DNA of 64,000 nucleotides from positions 3,796 to 67,795 of the forward strand of contig PAUF01000017.1 in assembly GCA_002712715.1 (NCBI GenBank). Direction: 5' to 3'. Below are positions 20,166 through 30,460 of the stretch, piece by piece (within the stretch, counting starts at the first letter, position 1; each line of letters starts with the position of its first letter). The notes beneath the pieces were generated by a model, which saw only the letters and a program-made list of their open reading frames with translations, had not been told where the DNA came from and searched no databases. The position numbers and the translations under genes were made by a program. Origin of the DNA: Flavobacteriales bacterium (GTDB lineage: Bacteria; Bacteroidota; Bacteroidia; Flavobacteriales; BACL11).

Positions 20166-21239
20166 TCATTTTTTATGAAGTCGATTCAAAGCTATTTTCA
20201 TTGCTGAATCTTGAGGTGTAATATTATTTGTTTCCGAATTTAAAAGTATCTCTAGAGTAGTGTCATATATTTCTTTAGTTTTTAACAATGATTTTTCCCT
20301 ATTGTATCCTTTTATTTCAGAATATACATTTATCAACCCACCTGCATTAATTAAAAAATCAGGTGCATAAACAATTCCTCGATTATAAATTAGGTCAGAG
20401 TGAATATTTTCATCAGCACATTGATTGTTTGCAGCACCCGCAACTATAGAACATTTAAGTTTAGGTATGGTTACAGAATCTAAAGTAGCTCCTAAAGCAC
20501 ATGGAGAATATATATCCATATCAATAGAATATATATCTGTATTAGATTCTACAGAGGTAACTCCAAATTTTGAACAATAATTTTCAACTTTATTATGATC
20601 AATGTCAGAAATAAGAACCTCAGCTCCTTCTTCTAATAAATGTTTCATTAGATAATAACCAACATGGCCTACTCCTTGTATAAGAACTCTTTTACCATGA
20701 ATAGAATCAGAACCCCACTTAAATTTAGCAGAAGCCTTCATACCCATATATACACCATATGCAGTAAAAACAGATGGATCACCACTACCTCCCATTGATT
20801 CAGGAATACCTGTGACATGTTTTGTTGTAGATCTTACATATTCCATATCTTGAGGGGTCATACCAACATCTTCAGCTGTTATATATTTACCACCAAGACT
20901 ATCCACAAAATTTCCGAAACTCTTCATTAATTGCTCTGTCTTTTCTTTATTAGCGTCGCCTATAATTACAGCTTTACCTCCACCAAGATTAAGTCCAGAA
21001 ATTGCCGCCTTAAATGTCATGCCTCTAGAGAGCCGTAAAACATCATTCAAAGCATCCATTTCATTTTTATAATTCCACATTCTAGTACCTCCTAAAGCGG
21101 GACCAAGAGTAGTATCATGTATTGCAATAATTGCTTTTAATCCAGTTTTCTTGTCATTACAAAAAACAACTTGTTCATGTCCCATAAACCCCATAGAACT
21201 AAGTACATCATTAGGAATCTTATCAACAACTTCTATCAT
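20166..21239 (-). CDS. ldh: Leucine dehydrogenase (Glu/Leu/Phe/Val dehydrogenase family)
   Basis: IAIHDTTLGPALGGTRM, GGGKAVI, TAEDVG, QGVGHVG, GAANNQ, PDFLINAGG. Confidence 0.9.
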   Translation of the reverse strand: MIEVVDKIPNDVLSSMGFMGHEQVVFCNDKKTGLKAIIAIHDTTLGPALGGTRMWNYKNEMDALNDVLRLSRGMTFKAAISGLNLGGGKAVIIGDANKEKTEQLMKSFGNFVDSLGGKYITAEDVGMTPQDMEYVRSTTKHVTGIPESMGGSGDPSVFTAYGVYMGMKASAKFKWGSDSIHGKRVLIQGVGHVGYYLMKHLLEEGAEVLISDIDHNKVENYCSKFGVTSVESNTDIYSIDMDIYSPCALGATLDSVTIPKLKCSIVAGAANNQCADENIHSDLIYNRGIVYAPDFLINAGGLINVYSEIKGYNREKSLLKTKEIYDTTLEILLNSETNNITPQDSAMKIALNRLHKK

Positions 21240-21304
21240 TTATTTTAAAATAGTTAAAAATAAAATATCTTTTATAAGATTAATTCATTTTTTTTAATGG
21301 TTGG

Positions 21305-21325
21305 CAAAATTAGTTATTATTTTTG
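21305..21325. promoter_or_regulatory. Back-to-back divergent -7 elements (minus TAATTTTG 21305-21312; plus TATTTTTG 21318-21325)
   Basis: Two TAnnTTTG matches between the divergent ldh and ABC transporter genes. Confidence 0.45.
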
Positions 21326-21350
21326 GGCAATCAAAATATATTGTATTTTA

Positions 21351-23108
21351 ATGAAAAATCTATATACACTTAACAGATATATAAAAAAATATACTCATCT
21401 ATTATTAATTGGCTCTATTTTCATTTTAATATCAAATATTTTCGCATTATATCCAGCAGAATACGTAAAAGAATCATTTGATACAATAGAAAATTCTCTA
21501 AAAAAGGATAACCCAAATATCAAATATGAACTATTTGTTTTTGGTACATTAATTTTATTTTTTGCTCTATTAAAAGGAATTTTTATGTTCTTTATGAGAC
21601 AAACAATTATTGTGATGAGTAGGAAAATAGAATTTGATTTAAAAAATGATATATATAAAAAATATCAATTTCTAAATTTATTCTTTTACAAAAAGAATAA
21701 TACTGGCGATTTAATGAATAGAATAACAGAGGATGTTAGTCGAGTGAGAATGTATTTAGGACCTGCCATAATGTATGCAATTAACCTAATATTTTTATTC
21801 AGTCTAGTGATATGGAGAATGACAAGTATCAGTCCTACACTAACAACATATGTACTAATTCCACTTCCAATCCTAGCAATTACTGTATACTTTGTTAGTC
21901 ATCACATAAATAAAAATAGTGAAAAAGTTCAAATTCAATTATCAAATCTTACTTCAATAAGTCAAGAGTCGTACAGTGCCATTAATATCATCAAAACATT
22001 CCAAAATGAAGATAATTCATATAAAATGTTCTTTAAATCATGTAAAGAATATATGCAAAGACAATTAAAACTTGTATCAATAGAAGCCTGGTTCTTCCCA
22101 TTAATAATATTTTTAATAGGGATTAGTACAATTACGACCATATATATTGGAGGTATAGAAAGCATGAAAATTGGTTCAAATGTCACGACTGGAACTATAG
22201 CTGAATTCATTATTTATGTGAACATGCTCACTTGGCCAGTAGCTTCCGTTGGTTGGGTGACATCTATAATTCAAAGAGCTGAAGCCTCCATGCAAAGGAT
22301 TAATGATTTTAAGAAAAATAATAATATAATTCCTAACACTAATTTGATTAAAGTTAAAACAATAAAAGATATTAAATTTGAAAATGTTAGTTTTAAATAT
22401 AAAGATACTAATATACAAGCTCTCAAAAACATTAACTTTCAAATAAAAAAAGGAAAAACTCTTGGAGTTTTTGGCAAAACTGGAAGTGGAAAATCAACTA
22501 TTGCAAATTTAATATGTAGATTATATGATTGTGACTCAGGAAAAATTTTAGTTAATAATAATAATATAATGGATATTAAATTATCAGGGATAAGAAGTAA
22601 AATAGGCTATGTACAACAAGATTCATTTCTATTTTCAGGAAACATTGCAGAGAATATTGCATTTGGAAAAGATCAATTACTGTATGAAAAAGTATATAAA
22701 TGCGCGGAGACTTCTAGTATTCATGAGGAAATACTGTCCTTTCAAAATAAATACTTTACCCTTATTGGGGAAAGAGGTGTTCAACTATCAGGTGGACAAA
22801 AACAAAGAATCTCTATTGCAAGAGCTATTTATACAGATCCAGAAATTTTTATTTTTGATGACTGTTTATCTGCTATTGATGCAGATCAAGAAAATAAAAT
22901 TCTCAAAAATATCAAAAATCAAACACAAGACACTTCTACAGTAATCATTAGCCATAGAACTTCATCAATACAGCATGCCGATGAAATAATAGTGCTAGAA
23001 AAAGGCTCCATTTCTTGTAGAGGCACTCACAAAGAATTAATGGAAAGTGAAAATTTTTATTCTTACATGCATAAAGAACAAACTAAAAAAAACAATTTAT
23101 ATTTGTAA
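21351..23108 (+). CDS. ABC transporter, fused permease/ATPase (MdlA/MsbA-like)
   Basis: 6-TM domain; GKTGSGKS; LSGGQKQR; IFDD; start set at MKNLY (21351). Confidence 0.93.
   Translation: MKNLYTLNRYIKKYTHLLLIGSIFILISNIFALYPAEYVKESFDTIENSLKKDNPNIKYELFVFGTLILFFALLKGIFMFFMRQTIIVMSRKIEFDLKNDIYKKYQFLNLFFYKKNNTGDLMNRITEDVSRVRMYLGPAIMYAINLIFLFSLVIWRMTSISPTLTTYVLIPLPILAITVYFVSHHINKNSEKVQIQLSNLTSISQESYSAINIIKTFQNEDNSYKMFFKSCKEYMQRQLKLVSIEAWFFPLIIFLIGISTITTIYIGGIESMKIGSNVTTGTIAEFIIYVNMLTWPVASVGWVTSIIQRAEASMQRINDFKKNNNIIPNTNLIKVKTIKDIKFENVSFKYKDTNIQALKNINFQIKKGKTLGVFGKTGSGKSTIANLICRLYDCDSGKILVNNNNIMDIKLSGIRSKIGYVQQDSFLFSGNIAENIAFGKDQLLYEKVYKCAETSSIHEEILSFQNKYFTLIGERGVQLSGGQKQRISIARAIYTDPEIFIFDDCLSAIDADQENKILKNIKNQTQDTSTVIISHRTSSIQHADEIIVLEKGSISCRGTHKELMESENFYSYMHKEQTKKNNLYL
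23098..23105 (+). promoter_or_regulatory. -7 element (TATATTTG)
   Basis: 16 nt upstream of the ATG at 23122. Confidence 0.55.
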
Positions 23109-23121
23109 CAATTTAATATGA

Positions 23122-23892
23122 ATGAAAACAATAATTAGTATAGCAACAAGAATTATCCCAAGGCATTACCTTCAACATGTCAGTCATTATTTCTTAACAT
23201 TTTTTTCTCTATTTATGAGAGGAAATAATTTTGAGGACCCAATAAATAATAGAACATATAAATTTCTTTTACCATACGGAAGAATAAATTCAAGACAAAA
23301 TGCACTAGCACCAGACAGCATGAGTTTAGAAAGACATAGATTATTATGGATTTTTCTTAAAGAAAAAACAAATTTTTTTGATTCAAAACTTAAATTCTTA
23401 CATGTCGCTCCAGAATTTTGTTTTATTAAAATATTTAAAAAAATGGAAAATCTTGAATACATTACAGGGGATCTCGTATCTCCATGGGCTGATATTAAGT
23501 TTGATGTACATGATATACCTTTTCCAGATCAATCTTTTGATGTTATAGTATGTAATCATGTTCTAGAACATGTTAAAGATTATAACAAAGTAATGCAGGA
23601 ATTTCATAGAGTAATGAAGCCAAATGGATGGGGTATATTTCAGGTGCCAATTGATTATAACAATGAAGATACCCTAGAGGATGAAAATATAACAGAGCCA
23701 AAAGAAAGAGAAAAACTTTATTGGCAAAGTGATCATTTACGATTATTTGGACTAGACTATGCTCAAAAACTAAGAAAGAATGGATTTAAAGTTACAGAGT
23801 ATAATTTGACTAAAGAATTAAATCCTGATTTGGTAGCAAGGTATGCTCTCCCTAAGGATGAAATAATATACTTTTGTGAAAAAATTTCATAA
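23122..23892 (+). CDS. Class I SAM-dependent methyltransferase
   Basis: SLERHRL, LHVAPE, FDVIVCNHVLEHV, EFHRVMKPNG. Confidence 0.88.
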   Translation: MKTIISIATRIIPRHYLQHVSHYFLTFFSLFMRGNNFEDPINNRTYKFLLPYGRINSRQNALAPDSMSLERHRLLWIFLKEKTNFFDSKLKFLHVAPEFCFIKIFKKMENLEYITGDLVSPWADIKFDVHDIPFPDQSFDVIVCNHVLEHVKDYNKVMQEFHRVMKPNGWGIFQVPIDYNNEDTLEDENITEPKEREKLYWQSDHLRLFGLDYAQKLRKNGFKVTEYNLTKELNPDLVARYALPKDEIIYFCEKIS

Positions 23893-23898
23893 GATGTT

Positions 23899-24519
23899 TT
23901 AACAGAATTTCTGATATATTATCTTTTTTGAAACAAAAAAATTTTCACTATAAAATTCTGATATATCTACAACCTCTAATTTATCGATTCCTTTTATCTC
24001 TTCTTTGAGATCACCACCTTTCAAATATATAATACCATTAGGCATAACATTATTATGAACATTAGAAATCTTCCCACCTACCCATTTATTTATAACAGAA
24101 ATTTTCGCTACAGCTCTACTAACAACAAATTCAAATTCTTCATTCAAATTCTCAACTCTTCCATTATCAAAACTCACATTTTTTAAATTTAAATTTTTAG
24201 AAATGACTCTAAGCGCTTCTATTTTTTTATATTTACTATCATTCAATATAAATTCAACATTAGGAAACATTATGGATAAAGGTATACCTGGGAAACCACC
24301 ACCGGTACCTAAATCTAAAACCCTAGTTCCATTGCTAAAATTGATAAATTTTGCAATGCTCAGTGAATGTAAGATATGTTTTAAACAAATAAATTCAATA
24401 TCCTTTCTGGATACTAAATTTATTTTCATATTGAATCTAGGATAAATATCAGCTAATTGAGCAAACTTACTCAATTGCTCATTTGACAAATCATGAAAAT
24501 ATTTCAAGACTAAATTCAT
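23899..24519 (-). CDS. rsmG: 16S rRNA m7G527 methyltransferase RsmG
   Basis: KINLVSRKD, HILHSL, LDLGTGGGFPGIPL, VSRAV, LKGG. Confidence 0.96.
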   Translation of the reverse strand: MNLVLKYFHDLSNEQLSKFAQLADIYPRFNMKINLVSRKDIEFICLKHILHSLSIAKFINFSNGTRVLDLGTGGGFPGIPLSIMFPNVEFILNDSKYKKIEALRVISKNLNLKNVSFDNGRVENLNEEFEFVVSRAVAKISVINKWVGGKISNVHNNVMPNGIIYLKGGDLKEEIKGIDKLEVVDISEFYSENFFVSKKIIYQKFC

Positions 24520-25121
24520 TAAAAAGTATCTCTAGTATCAGCGATTATTTTAAATAACTGCTCTCTACTACGATGTAATTGTGCCTTTACAGAACCCAAA
24601 GGCATATTTAATTCTTTTGAAATTTCATCATAACTAAATTCTTTAAAATATCTCAACTTTACTAAAGTTCGATATTTAGGCTTTAGCATATTTACTATTT
24701 TTCTAAGAATTTTAATTCTCTGTTTTTTAATAAATATCTTTTCTGGATCATCTACACTTGAAGGCAAATCAATAATATTTTTTTGACCAGAATCGCTGAT
24801 TAAAACTTTATCAATAGATATAGTTTGCAATTTTCTTTTTCTAAGATAATCAATTGCATGATTTCTAGCAACAGTGAAAAGCCAAGTACTAAATGCATAA
24901 TCAGGCAAATACAAATGCAACTTCTTAAATGCCTTGCCTAAAGATTCTATCGTAAGATCTTTTGCTAAATCTTCATCTCCAACTTTTTCATAGAACATAT
25001 AAAATAAAGGATCTCTATATAGATTCATTAATTCAGAATATGCTTTAGGGTCACCTGTTTTTAATGCCCTATTAATTAATTCTAAATCTCTTTGTCCTTT
25101 ATTAGTTAACTCTTTACTCAT
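24519..25121 (-). CDS. ECF RNA polymerase sigma-70 factor
   Basis: AFSTWLFTVARNHAIDYLRK; SYDEIS..L.MPLGSVKAQLHRSR; ATG at 25121 coupled to the upstream TGA. Confidence 0.93.
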   Translation of the reverse strand: MSKELTNKGQRDLELINRALKTGDPKAYSELMNLYRDPLFYMFYEKVGDEDLAKDLTIESLGKAFKKLHLYLPDYAFSTWLFTVARNHAIDYLRKRKLQTISIDKVLISDSGQKNIIDLPSSVDDPEKIFIKKQRIKILRKIVNMLKPKYRTLVKLRYFKEFSYDEISKELNMPLGSVKAQLHRSREQLFKIIADTRDTF

Positions 25122-26221
25122 GACCAATTACCTTCAGGATTTTTAGGTTTCAATAATACAAAAAATAACTGTAAAAAAATATTAACAAACTCTAATAATG
25201 GAAAGAAAATATACATATCAAAAACATGAAGCTTCTTCATTATTCTGTAATACAGAATATAACATAAAACAATACGAAATATAAATATAGATAAAATTAT
25301 TAATATATATTTACTGAATATCAATAACAATACTGATGAAATCCAAAACAAAAAATTAGAAATACTCCAAAGCAATAATAAAAATTTATATTTTAATTTA
25401 TATTTTTTGGATGTTGAAAAGTGTCGTTTCTTTTGAGAAATCCAAGATGAAAGAGTAGATTTAGGAATTGACTCGATTATAGATTCCGGATGAATTTGAA
25501 TACTTACATTATCTTTATTAGCGATCTGCTGAATAAAAAGATCATCATCACCAGATGCAATCTGTATATGTGAAGCAAAACCTTTAACATTAAAAAAAAG
25601 TTTTTTCTTGTAGGCTAAATTTCTACCAACGCCCATATATGGCAAACCACATAAAGCATATGAGAGATATTGGAGATTTACATTGAACTCATCAAATCGA
25701 ATAAACTGATTTAGTAAACCTGGACTTTTCTTAAATATACTCAACCCTAATATAACTTCTTTTTTAGAAAAATTGCTAGACATATATGATAGCCATTTTT
25801 TCGATTTAGGAATACAATCAGCGTCAGATAATAAAAGATATTTATACTTAGCAGTTTTAATACCCATTGTTAAAGCAAATTTCTTTCCTAGAGGACTTTT
25901 AATGTGTGGCTCTATAATAACTACCTTTAACTTAGGATATCTTGTCTCATATTCTTTCAAAATAAATCGAGATTGATCATTAGATTGATCATCCACAATA
26001 ATTAATTCGAAATTATGATATTTTTGACTTAAAAAGCTTTCTATTAAACTTTCAAGTTTTGCTTCTTCATTTTTAGCGCATATTATGACAGAAACACCTT
26101 CAGAAAAACTATCTAAACTATTATTAACTTCATCTTTATGTACATATAATTTATAAAAATAGACTATAAGAAAATATAACTGCACAATAAAGATACATAT
26201 ATATATATATAATAAAATCAA
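25118..26221 (-). CDS. Family 2 glycosyltransferase (membrane)
   Basis: VSVIICAKNE, VDDQSND, GKKFAL, DADC, SGDDDL, QKKRH. Confidence 0.92.
   Translation of the reverse strand: MILLYIYICIFIVQLYFLIVYFYKLYVHKDEVNNSLDSFSEGVSVIICAKNEEAKLESLIESFLSQKYHNFELIIVDDQSNDQSRFILKEYETRYPKLKVVIIEPHIKSPLGKKFALTMGIKTAKYKYLLLSDADCIPKSKKWLSYMSSNFSKKEVILGLSIFKKSPGLLNQFIRFDEFNVNLQYLSYALCGLPYMGVGRNLAYKKKLFFNVKGFASHIQIASGDDDLFIQQIANKDNVSIQIHPESIIESIPKSTLSSWISQKKRHFSTSKKYKLKYKFLLLLWSISNFLFWISSVLLLIFSKYILIILSIFIFRIVLCYILYYRIMKKLHVFDMYIFFPLLEFVNIFLQLFFVLLKPKNPEGNWS
26197..26211. repeat. (AT)7A microsatellite near the 5' end of the GT2 coding sequence
   Basis: atatatatatatata read directly. Confidence 0.8.
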
Positions 26222-26235
26222 GAAAAAATCTAATA

Positions 26236-27177
26236 TTAACTTAGGTAAGATAAAATATTGTTCTCAACTCTAGAAATAATATTAGAAACATCTTCTCTAA
26301 TAAACTTCTCTCCTAAAATATGCTCATATAATTCTATATATCTTTCAGATATAGAAGTAATGTGTTCTGGACTCATATATGGAATCTGTTGACCTTCTTT
26401 ACCTTGAAAACCATTTTCAATTAACCATTGTCTTACAAATTCTTTAGAAAGTTGTTTTGGAGATTCTCCTTTTCTTACCTTATCCTCATAACCATCTATA
26501 TAAAAATACCTTGAAGAATCAGGAGTATGAATTTCATCAATCAAAATAATATTTCCATTAACATCTTTTCCAAACTCATATTTTGTATCTACTAAAATCA
26601 AACCTCTGTCTTTCGCCATTTCTAAACCTCTATTAAAAAGTTTTCTTGTGTAATCTTCAAGCTTAATATAATCTGAATCACTAACTAATCCTTGTGACAA
26701 GATATCTTCTCTAGAAATATCTTCATCATGGCCAACATCTTCCTTAGTAGTTGGTGTAATTATTGGAGAGTCGAATCTTTGATTCTCAACCATACCTTCT
26801 GGCATAGACACACCACATAAAACTCTTTTTCCCTTTTTATATTCTCGCCAAGCATGACCTGTCAAACAGCCTCTTATTACCATCTCCACTTTAAAAGGCA
26901 CACACATTTTACCTACAGTAACATTAGGATCAGGTGTTGCCTCTTTCCAATTTGGAACTATATCACTTGTAGCATCAAGAAATTTAGACGCTATCTGACT
27001 TAAAACTTGACCTTTATAAGGGATACCTTCTGGAAGTACATGATCAAAAGCTGAAATTCTATCAGAAACTACCATAACTAATTTATCTTTTCCAATAGTA
27101 TACACATCTCTAACTTTTCCTTTATAAAATTTTGTTTGATTGGGAAAATTAAAATTTGTTTCTTTAATTGAGTTCAT
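26236..27177 (-). CDS. purC: SAICAR synthase
   Basis: [51 protein letters not shown]. Confidence 0.97.
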   Translation of the reverse strand: MNSIKETNFNFPNQTKFYKGKVRDVYTIGKDKLVMVVSDRISAFDHVLPEGIPYKGQVLSQIASKFLDATSDIVPNWKEATPDPNVTVGKMCVPFKVEMVIRGCLTGHAWREYKKGKRVLCGVSMPEGMVENQRFDSPIITPTTKEDVGHDEDISREDILSQGLVSDSDYIKLEDYTRKLFNRGLEMAKDRGLILVDTKYEFGKDVNGNIILIDEIHTPDSSRYFYIDGYEDKVRKGESPKQLSKEFVRQWLIENGFQGKEGQQIPYMSPEHITSISERYIELYEHILGEKFIREDVSNIISRVENNILSYLS

Positions 27178-27182
27178 AATTT

Positions 27183-28118
27183 TTAATTTTTATATGCTTT
27201 AATAATTGTTTTAACTAATTTATGTCTAATTACATCTTTTTCATCTAAATAAACGAATCCTATATCTTTTATATTTTTTAACTTATTCTGAGCGTCACAA
27301 AGACCAGATTTTTTATGATTGGGAAGATCTATTTGTGTTATATCTCCATTGATAACAAACTTTGCTGAAACTCCCATTCTGGTCAAGAACATTTTCATCT
27401 GAGATTCAGTACAGTTTTGAGCCTCATCAAGTATAACGAAGGATTTATCTAAAGTCCTTCCTCTCATGAATCCTAAAGGAGCTATTTGAATAATACCATT
27501 TTCTAAATATTCTTTTAATTTATCCGTGGGTATCATATCAGACAAAGCATCGTGTAAAGGTCTAATATATGGATCTAATTTATCCTTGTAGTCACCAGGC
27601 AAGAAACCTAAACTTTCACCAGCTTCAACCGCTGGTCTTGTTAGTATAATTCTTTTAACTAATTTAGATTTTAAAGCCTTAACTGCTAAAGCAACAGAAG
27701 TATAAGTTTTACCTGTTCCTGCTGGCCCAATTGCAAAAACAATATCCTTTTTATAAATAACATCTAATATTGCTCTTTGATTAGAAGTTCTAGCCTTAAT
27801 AGTCTTTCCATCATTACCATACAAAATAAAATCTTGTTTATTCTCAAAAACTTTTATCTCATCATCAAATACAAGTCGCTCAATTTGACTCATAGTCAAG
27901 CGATTATATTCATCAATATGTGATAACATTGCATTCAATTTAGATTCGAAAAAATTAATATGTTCAACATTACCTATCGCCTTAACTATATTTCCCCTAG
28001 AAATTAACTTAATATCAGGGAATAATTTCTTTATTCTATCAAATTTCTTATTATTTGATCCAAATAACAAAACTAAATCTATACTCCCTAAATCTATGAT
28101 TTTTTCACTAATCGACAT
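27183..28118 (-). CDS. phoH: PhoH family protein
   Basis: [43 protein letters not shown]. Confidence 0.95.
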   Translation of the reverse strand: MSISEKIIDLGSIDLVLLFGSNNKKFDRIKKLFPDIKLISRGNIVKAIGNVEHINFFESKLNAMLSHIDEYNRLTMSQIERLVFDDEIKVFENKQDFILYGNDGKTIKARTSNQRAILDVIYKKDIVFAIGPAGTGKTYTSVALAVKALKSKLVKRIILTRPAVEAGESLGFLPGDYKDKLDPYIRPLHDALSDMIPTDKLKEYLENGIIQIAPLGFMRGRTLDKSFVILDEAQNCTESQMKMFLTRMGVSAKFVINGDITQIDLPNHKKSGLCDAQNKLKNIKDIGFVYLDEKDVIRHKLVKTIIKAYKN

Positions 28119-28199
28119 AAATTTATTCTATAATTATATTAATTTTGTTATGCAAATAAACAATATTTAAAGCAAACAAAATAAAGTTTTCCATTCTAT

Positions 28200-28988
28200 A
28201 TGCAAATTATCACGCTTACCACAGATTTAGGCATAAAAGATCATTATGTAGCTGCTGTTAAAGCAGAAATTTATAAAGGTATAAATGAAGTCAATATTGT
28301 GGATATTTCTAACATGATTAGCAAATTTGATATTCAACAAGCTGCTTATGTTTTCAAAAGTTGCTATAAAGATTTTCCTGAGAAAACAATACATATTATC
28401 AGCGTAAATGACGAACTATCAAAGGACAGTCCTCACCTAGCAATAGAATACAAAAATCAATTTATAATTGGGCCTGACAATGGCATTTTCTCTTTAATTT
28501 TTAATGAAATAATGCCTGATAGGATATTTCTAATTAATATCGACCAAGCTACTAATTTACTGACGTTTGCAGCAAAAGACATCTTTGTAAAAGTAGCTTG
28601 TCATATTGCTAGAGGAGGAACATTGGAAATGATAGGCACAAGAATTAATCATTTTCATAATACGGTTACATCTCTAAAACCAGTAATAGAAAAAAACATT
28701 ATTAGGGGTATTGTTCTTAACATCGATTCTTATGGAAACTGTATTACTAACATAAATATTGACACCTTTAAAGATACTGGATTAGGAAGAAGTTTTTCTA
28801 TTATATATGGAAACGAAAATGAAAAAATTGAAAAAATACATGAAAAATACAAAGATCAAATGGAAGGAGAAAGATTAGCAATGTTTACTTCAGATGGATT
28901 CTTAGAAATATCTATTAATCAAGGAAGAGCTAGTTCTCTTCTTGGAATACATCTATTTGATAGTATAAGAATTGAATTTAAATTATGA
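28200..28988 (+). CDS. SAM hydroxide adenosyltransferase / chlorinase-fluorinase (DUF62) family
   Basis: IITLTTDLG..DHYV, GPDNG, IDSYGNCITN, LEISINQG.AS.LLG. Confidence 0.9.
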   Translation: MQIITLTTDLGIKDHYVAAVKAEIYKGINEVNIVDISNMISKFDIQQAAYVFKSCYKDFPEKTIHIISVNDELSKDSPHLAIEYKNQFIIGPDNGIFSLIFNEIMPDRIFLINIDQATNLLTFAAKDIFVKVACHIARGGTLEMIGTRINHFHNTVTSLKPVIEKNIIRGIVLNIDSYGNCITNINIDTFKDTGLGRSFSIIYGNENEKIEKIHEKYKDQMEGERLAMFTSDGFLEISINQGRASSLLGIHLFDSIRIEFKL

Positions 28989-30460
28989 GAAATATTTTAA
29001 AAATTACAATCTTAATTATTTTGTTTTTTAACGCTTGTCAAAAAAAAGTTGAAAAAAAAGTTGAACTTAATCTGGAAACTCAACAAATATTATCATCTTT
29101 AAATGACAAGATTTATATTAATATATATCTAAGTGGTAATATTAGTCCACAATTCAATAAATTACAAGATTCGATTTCATCACTCTTACATTCATTTCAA
29201 GATTTTTGTCATAAAGAATTAGATTATAATTTCATCGAAATCAATAATGATCAGAATAATCAAAATTCATTAATAGAATTACAGATGTATCCAATCTGGG
29301 TAAAATTAGATTCAAATTACAAAAAGACATTTCCTTTTGCAACTATTCATTATAAAAACAAATCTCAAACTATACTTTTACATAATAGTATATACTTAGA
29401 TACTATTACAGATTTAACATCGCTACAACTTAAACACTCAATCAATCAACTGGAATACAGATTCATTGAATCAATTTATATTCTTCATCAGAAAGAAAAA
29501 CAAAATATTGCCTTTTTACAAGGACATTCTGAACTAGATTCAAATCAAGCTTGGGATATCGCCAATACTCTAGAAAAATATTATAACGTAGATTTCTTTG
29601 ACCTTAGGTCATTTGAAGTAAATCAAACAACTAATTCACCCGACTTAAATAGGCAGTTACAAAAAATAAATAATTATAAAACAATTATCATTGCTAAACC
29701 TAAAAGTAAATTTTTAGATATTGACAAATATTTAATTGATCAATACATTATGCATGGAGGCAGAATTCTATGGTTAATTGATGGAACAACAGCGAATATT
29801 AATAGTTTGAAAAATCCATTTTTTTTATTAGAAAAAAAAGAACTTCTTTTAGGCAATTTCCTATCAAATTACGGAGCAAAGATTAATCATGATTTAATAA
29901 TGGATGAATTTTGCTCAAAAATAGCAATTAAATATATAGATAGAATTGCATATATAAATTGGAAATATAATCCTAATTTAGTTCAAGAAAATCACGTTAT
30001 TTCCATGAAAATAGATTCACTATTAACCAATTTCACAAGTTCAATAGACATAATAAATAAAGAAACTACCACTAAGTTATTATCATCTTCTATAAATTCT
30101 AAAAAAATTAACTTAGGAGACACTATTTTTTTCAAAGATTATTTTAATGATAAAGATATCTTTTCTAATCAAAAACTAACAACTGCTGTATTAATAGAAG
30201 ACGAATTCAAATCTTTTTTCTCTAAAGATCAGTATTCATCTGATTTAAATATAAAATTACAGAGTCCTAAGAACAAAATGATTATAGTTTCAGATGGAGA
30301 TATAATATCCAATTTATTTCAACCACCTAACTTCTATTATCCACTTGGATATTATCAATATGGAAAAAATATTTACAATGGGAATACAAATTTTATTTTG
30401 AATTGTGTCTTATATTTATGTGATGATGAAAATTTAATTAAAATTAAAAACCAACAATGA
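28985..30460 (+). CDS. gldG: GldG-like ABC auxiliary protein, atypical (lipoprotein N-terminus, no C-terminal TM)
   Basis: IAFLQGHSEL, IIIAKP..KF...DKYLIDQYIMHGGRILWLID, MIIVSDGD, PLGY..Y....Y.N..FILNCVLYLCDD. Confidence 0.8.
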   Translation: MRNILKITILIILFFNACQKKVEKKVELNLETQQILSSLNDKIYINIYLSGNISPQFNKLQDSISSLLHSFQDFCHKELDYNFIEINNDQNNQNSLIELQMYPIWVKLDSNYKKTFPFATIHYKNKSQTILLHNSIYLDTITDLTSLQLKHSINQLEYRFIESIYILHQKEKQNIAFLQGHSELDSNQAWDIANTLEKYYNVDFFDLRSFEVNQTTNSPDLNRQLQKINNYKTIIIAKPKSKFLDIDKYLIDQYIMHGGRILWLIDGTTANINSLKNPFFLLEKKELLLGNFLSNYGAKINHDLIMDEFCSKIAIKYIDRIAYINWKYNPNLVQENHVISMKIDSLLTNFTSSIDIINKETTTKLLSSSINSKKINLGDTIFFKDYFNDKDIFSNQKLTTAVLIEDEFKSFFSKDQYSSDLNIKLQSPKNKMIIVSDGDIISNLFQPPNFYYPLGYYQYGKNIYNGNTNFILNCVLYLCDDENLIKIKNQQ

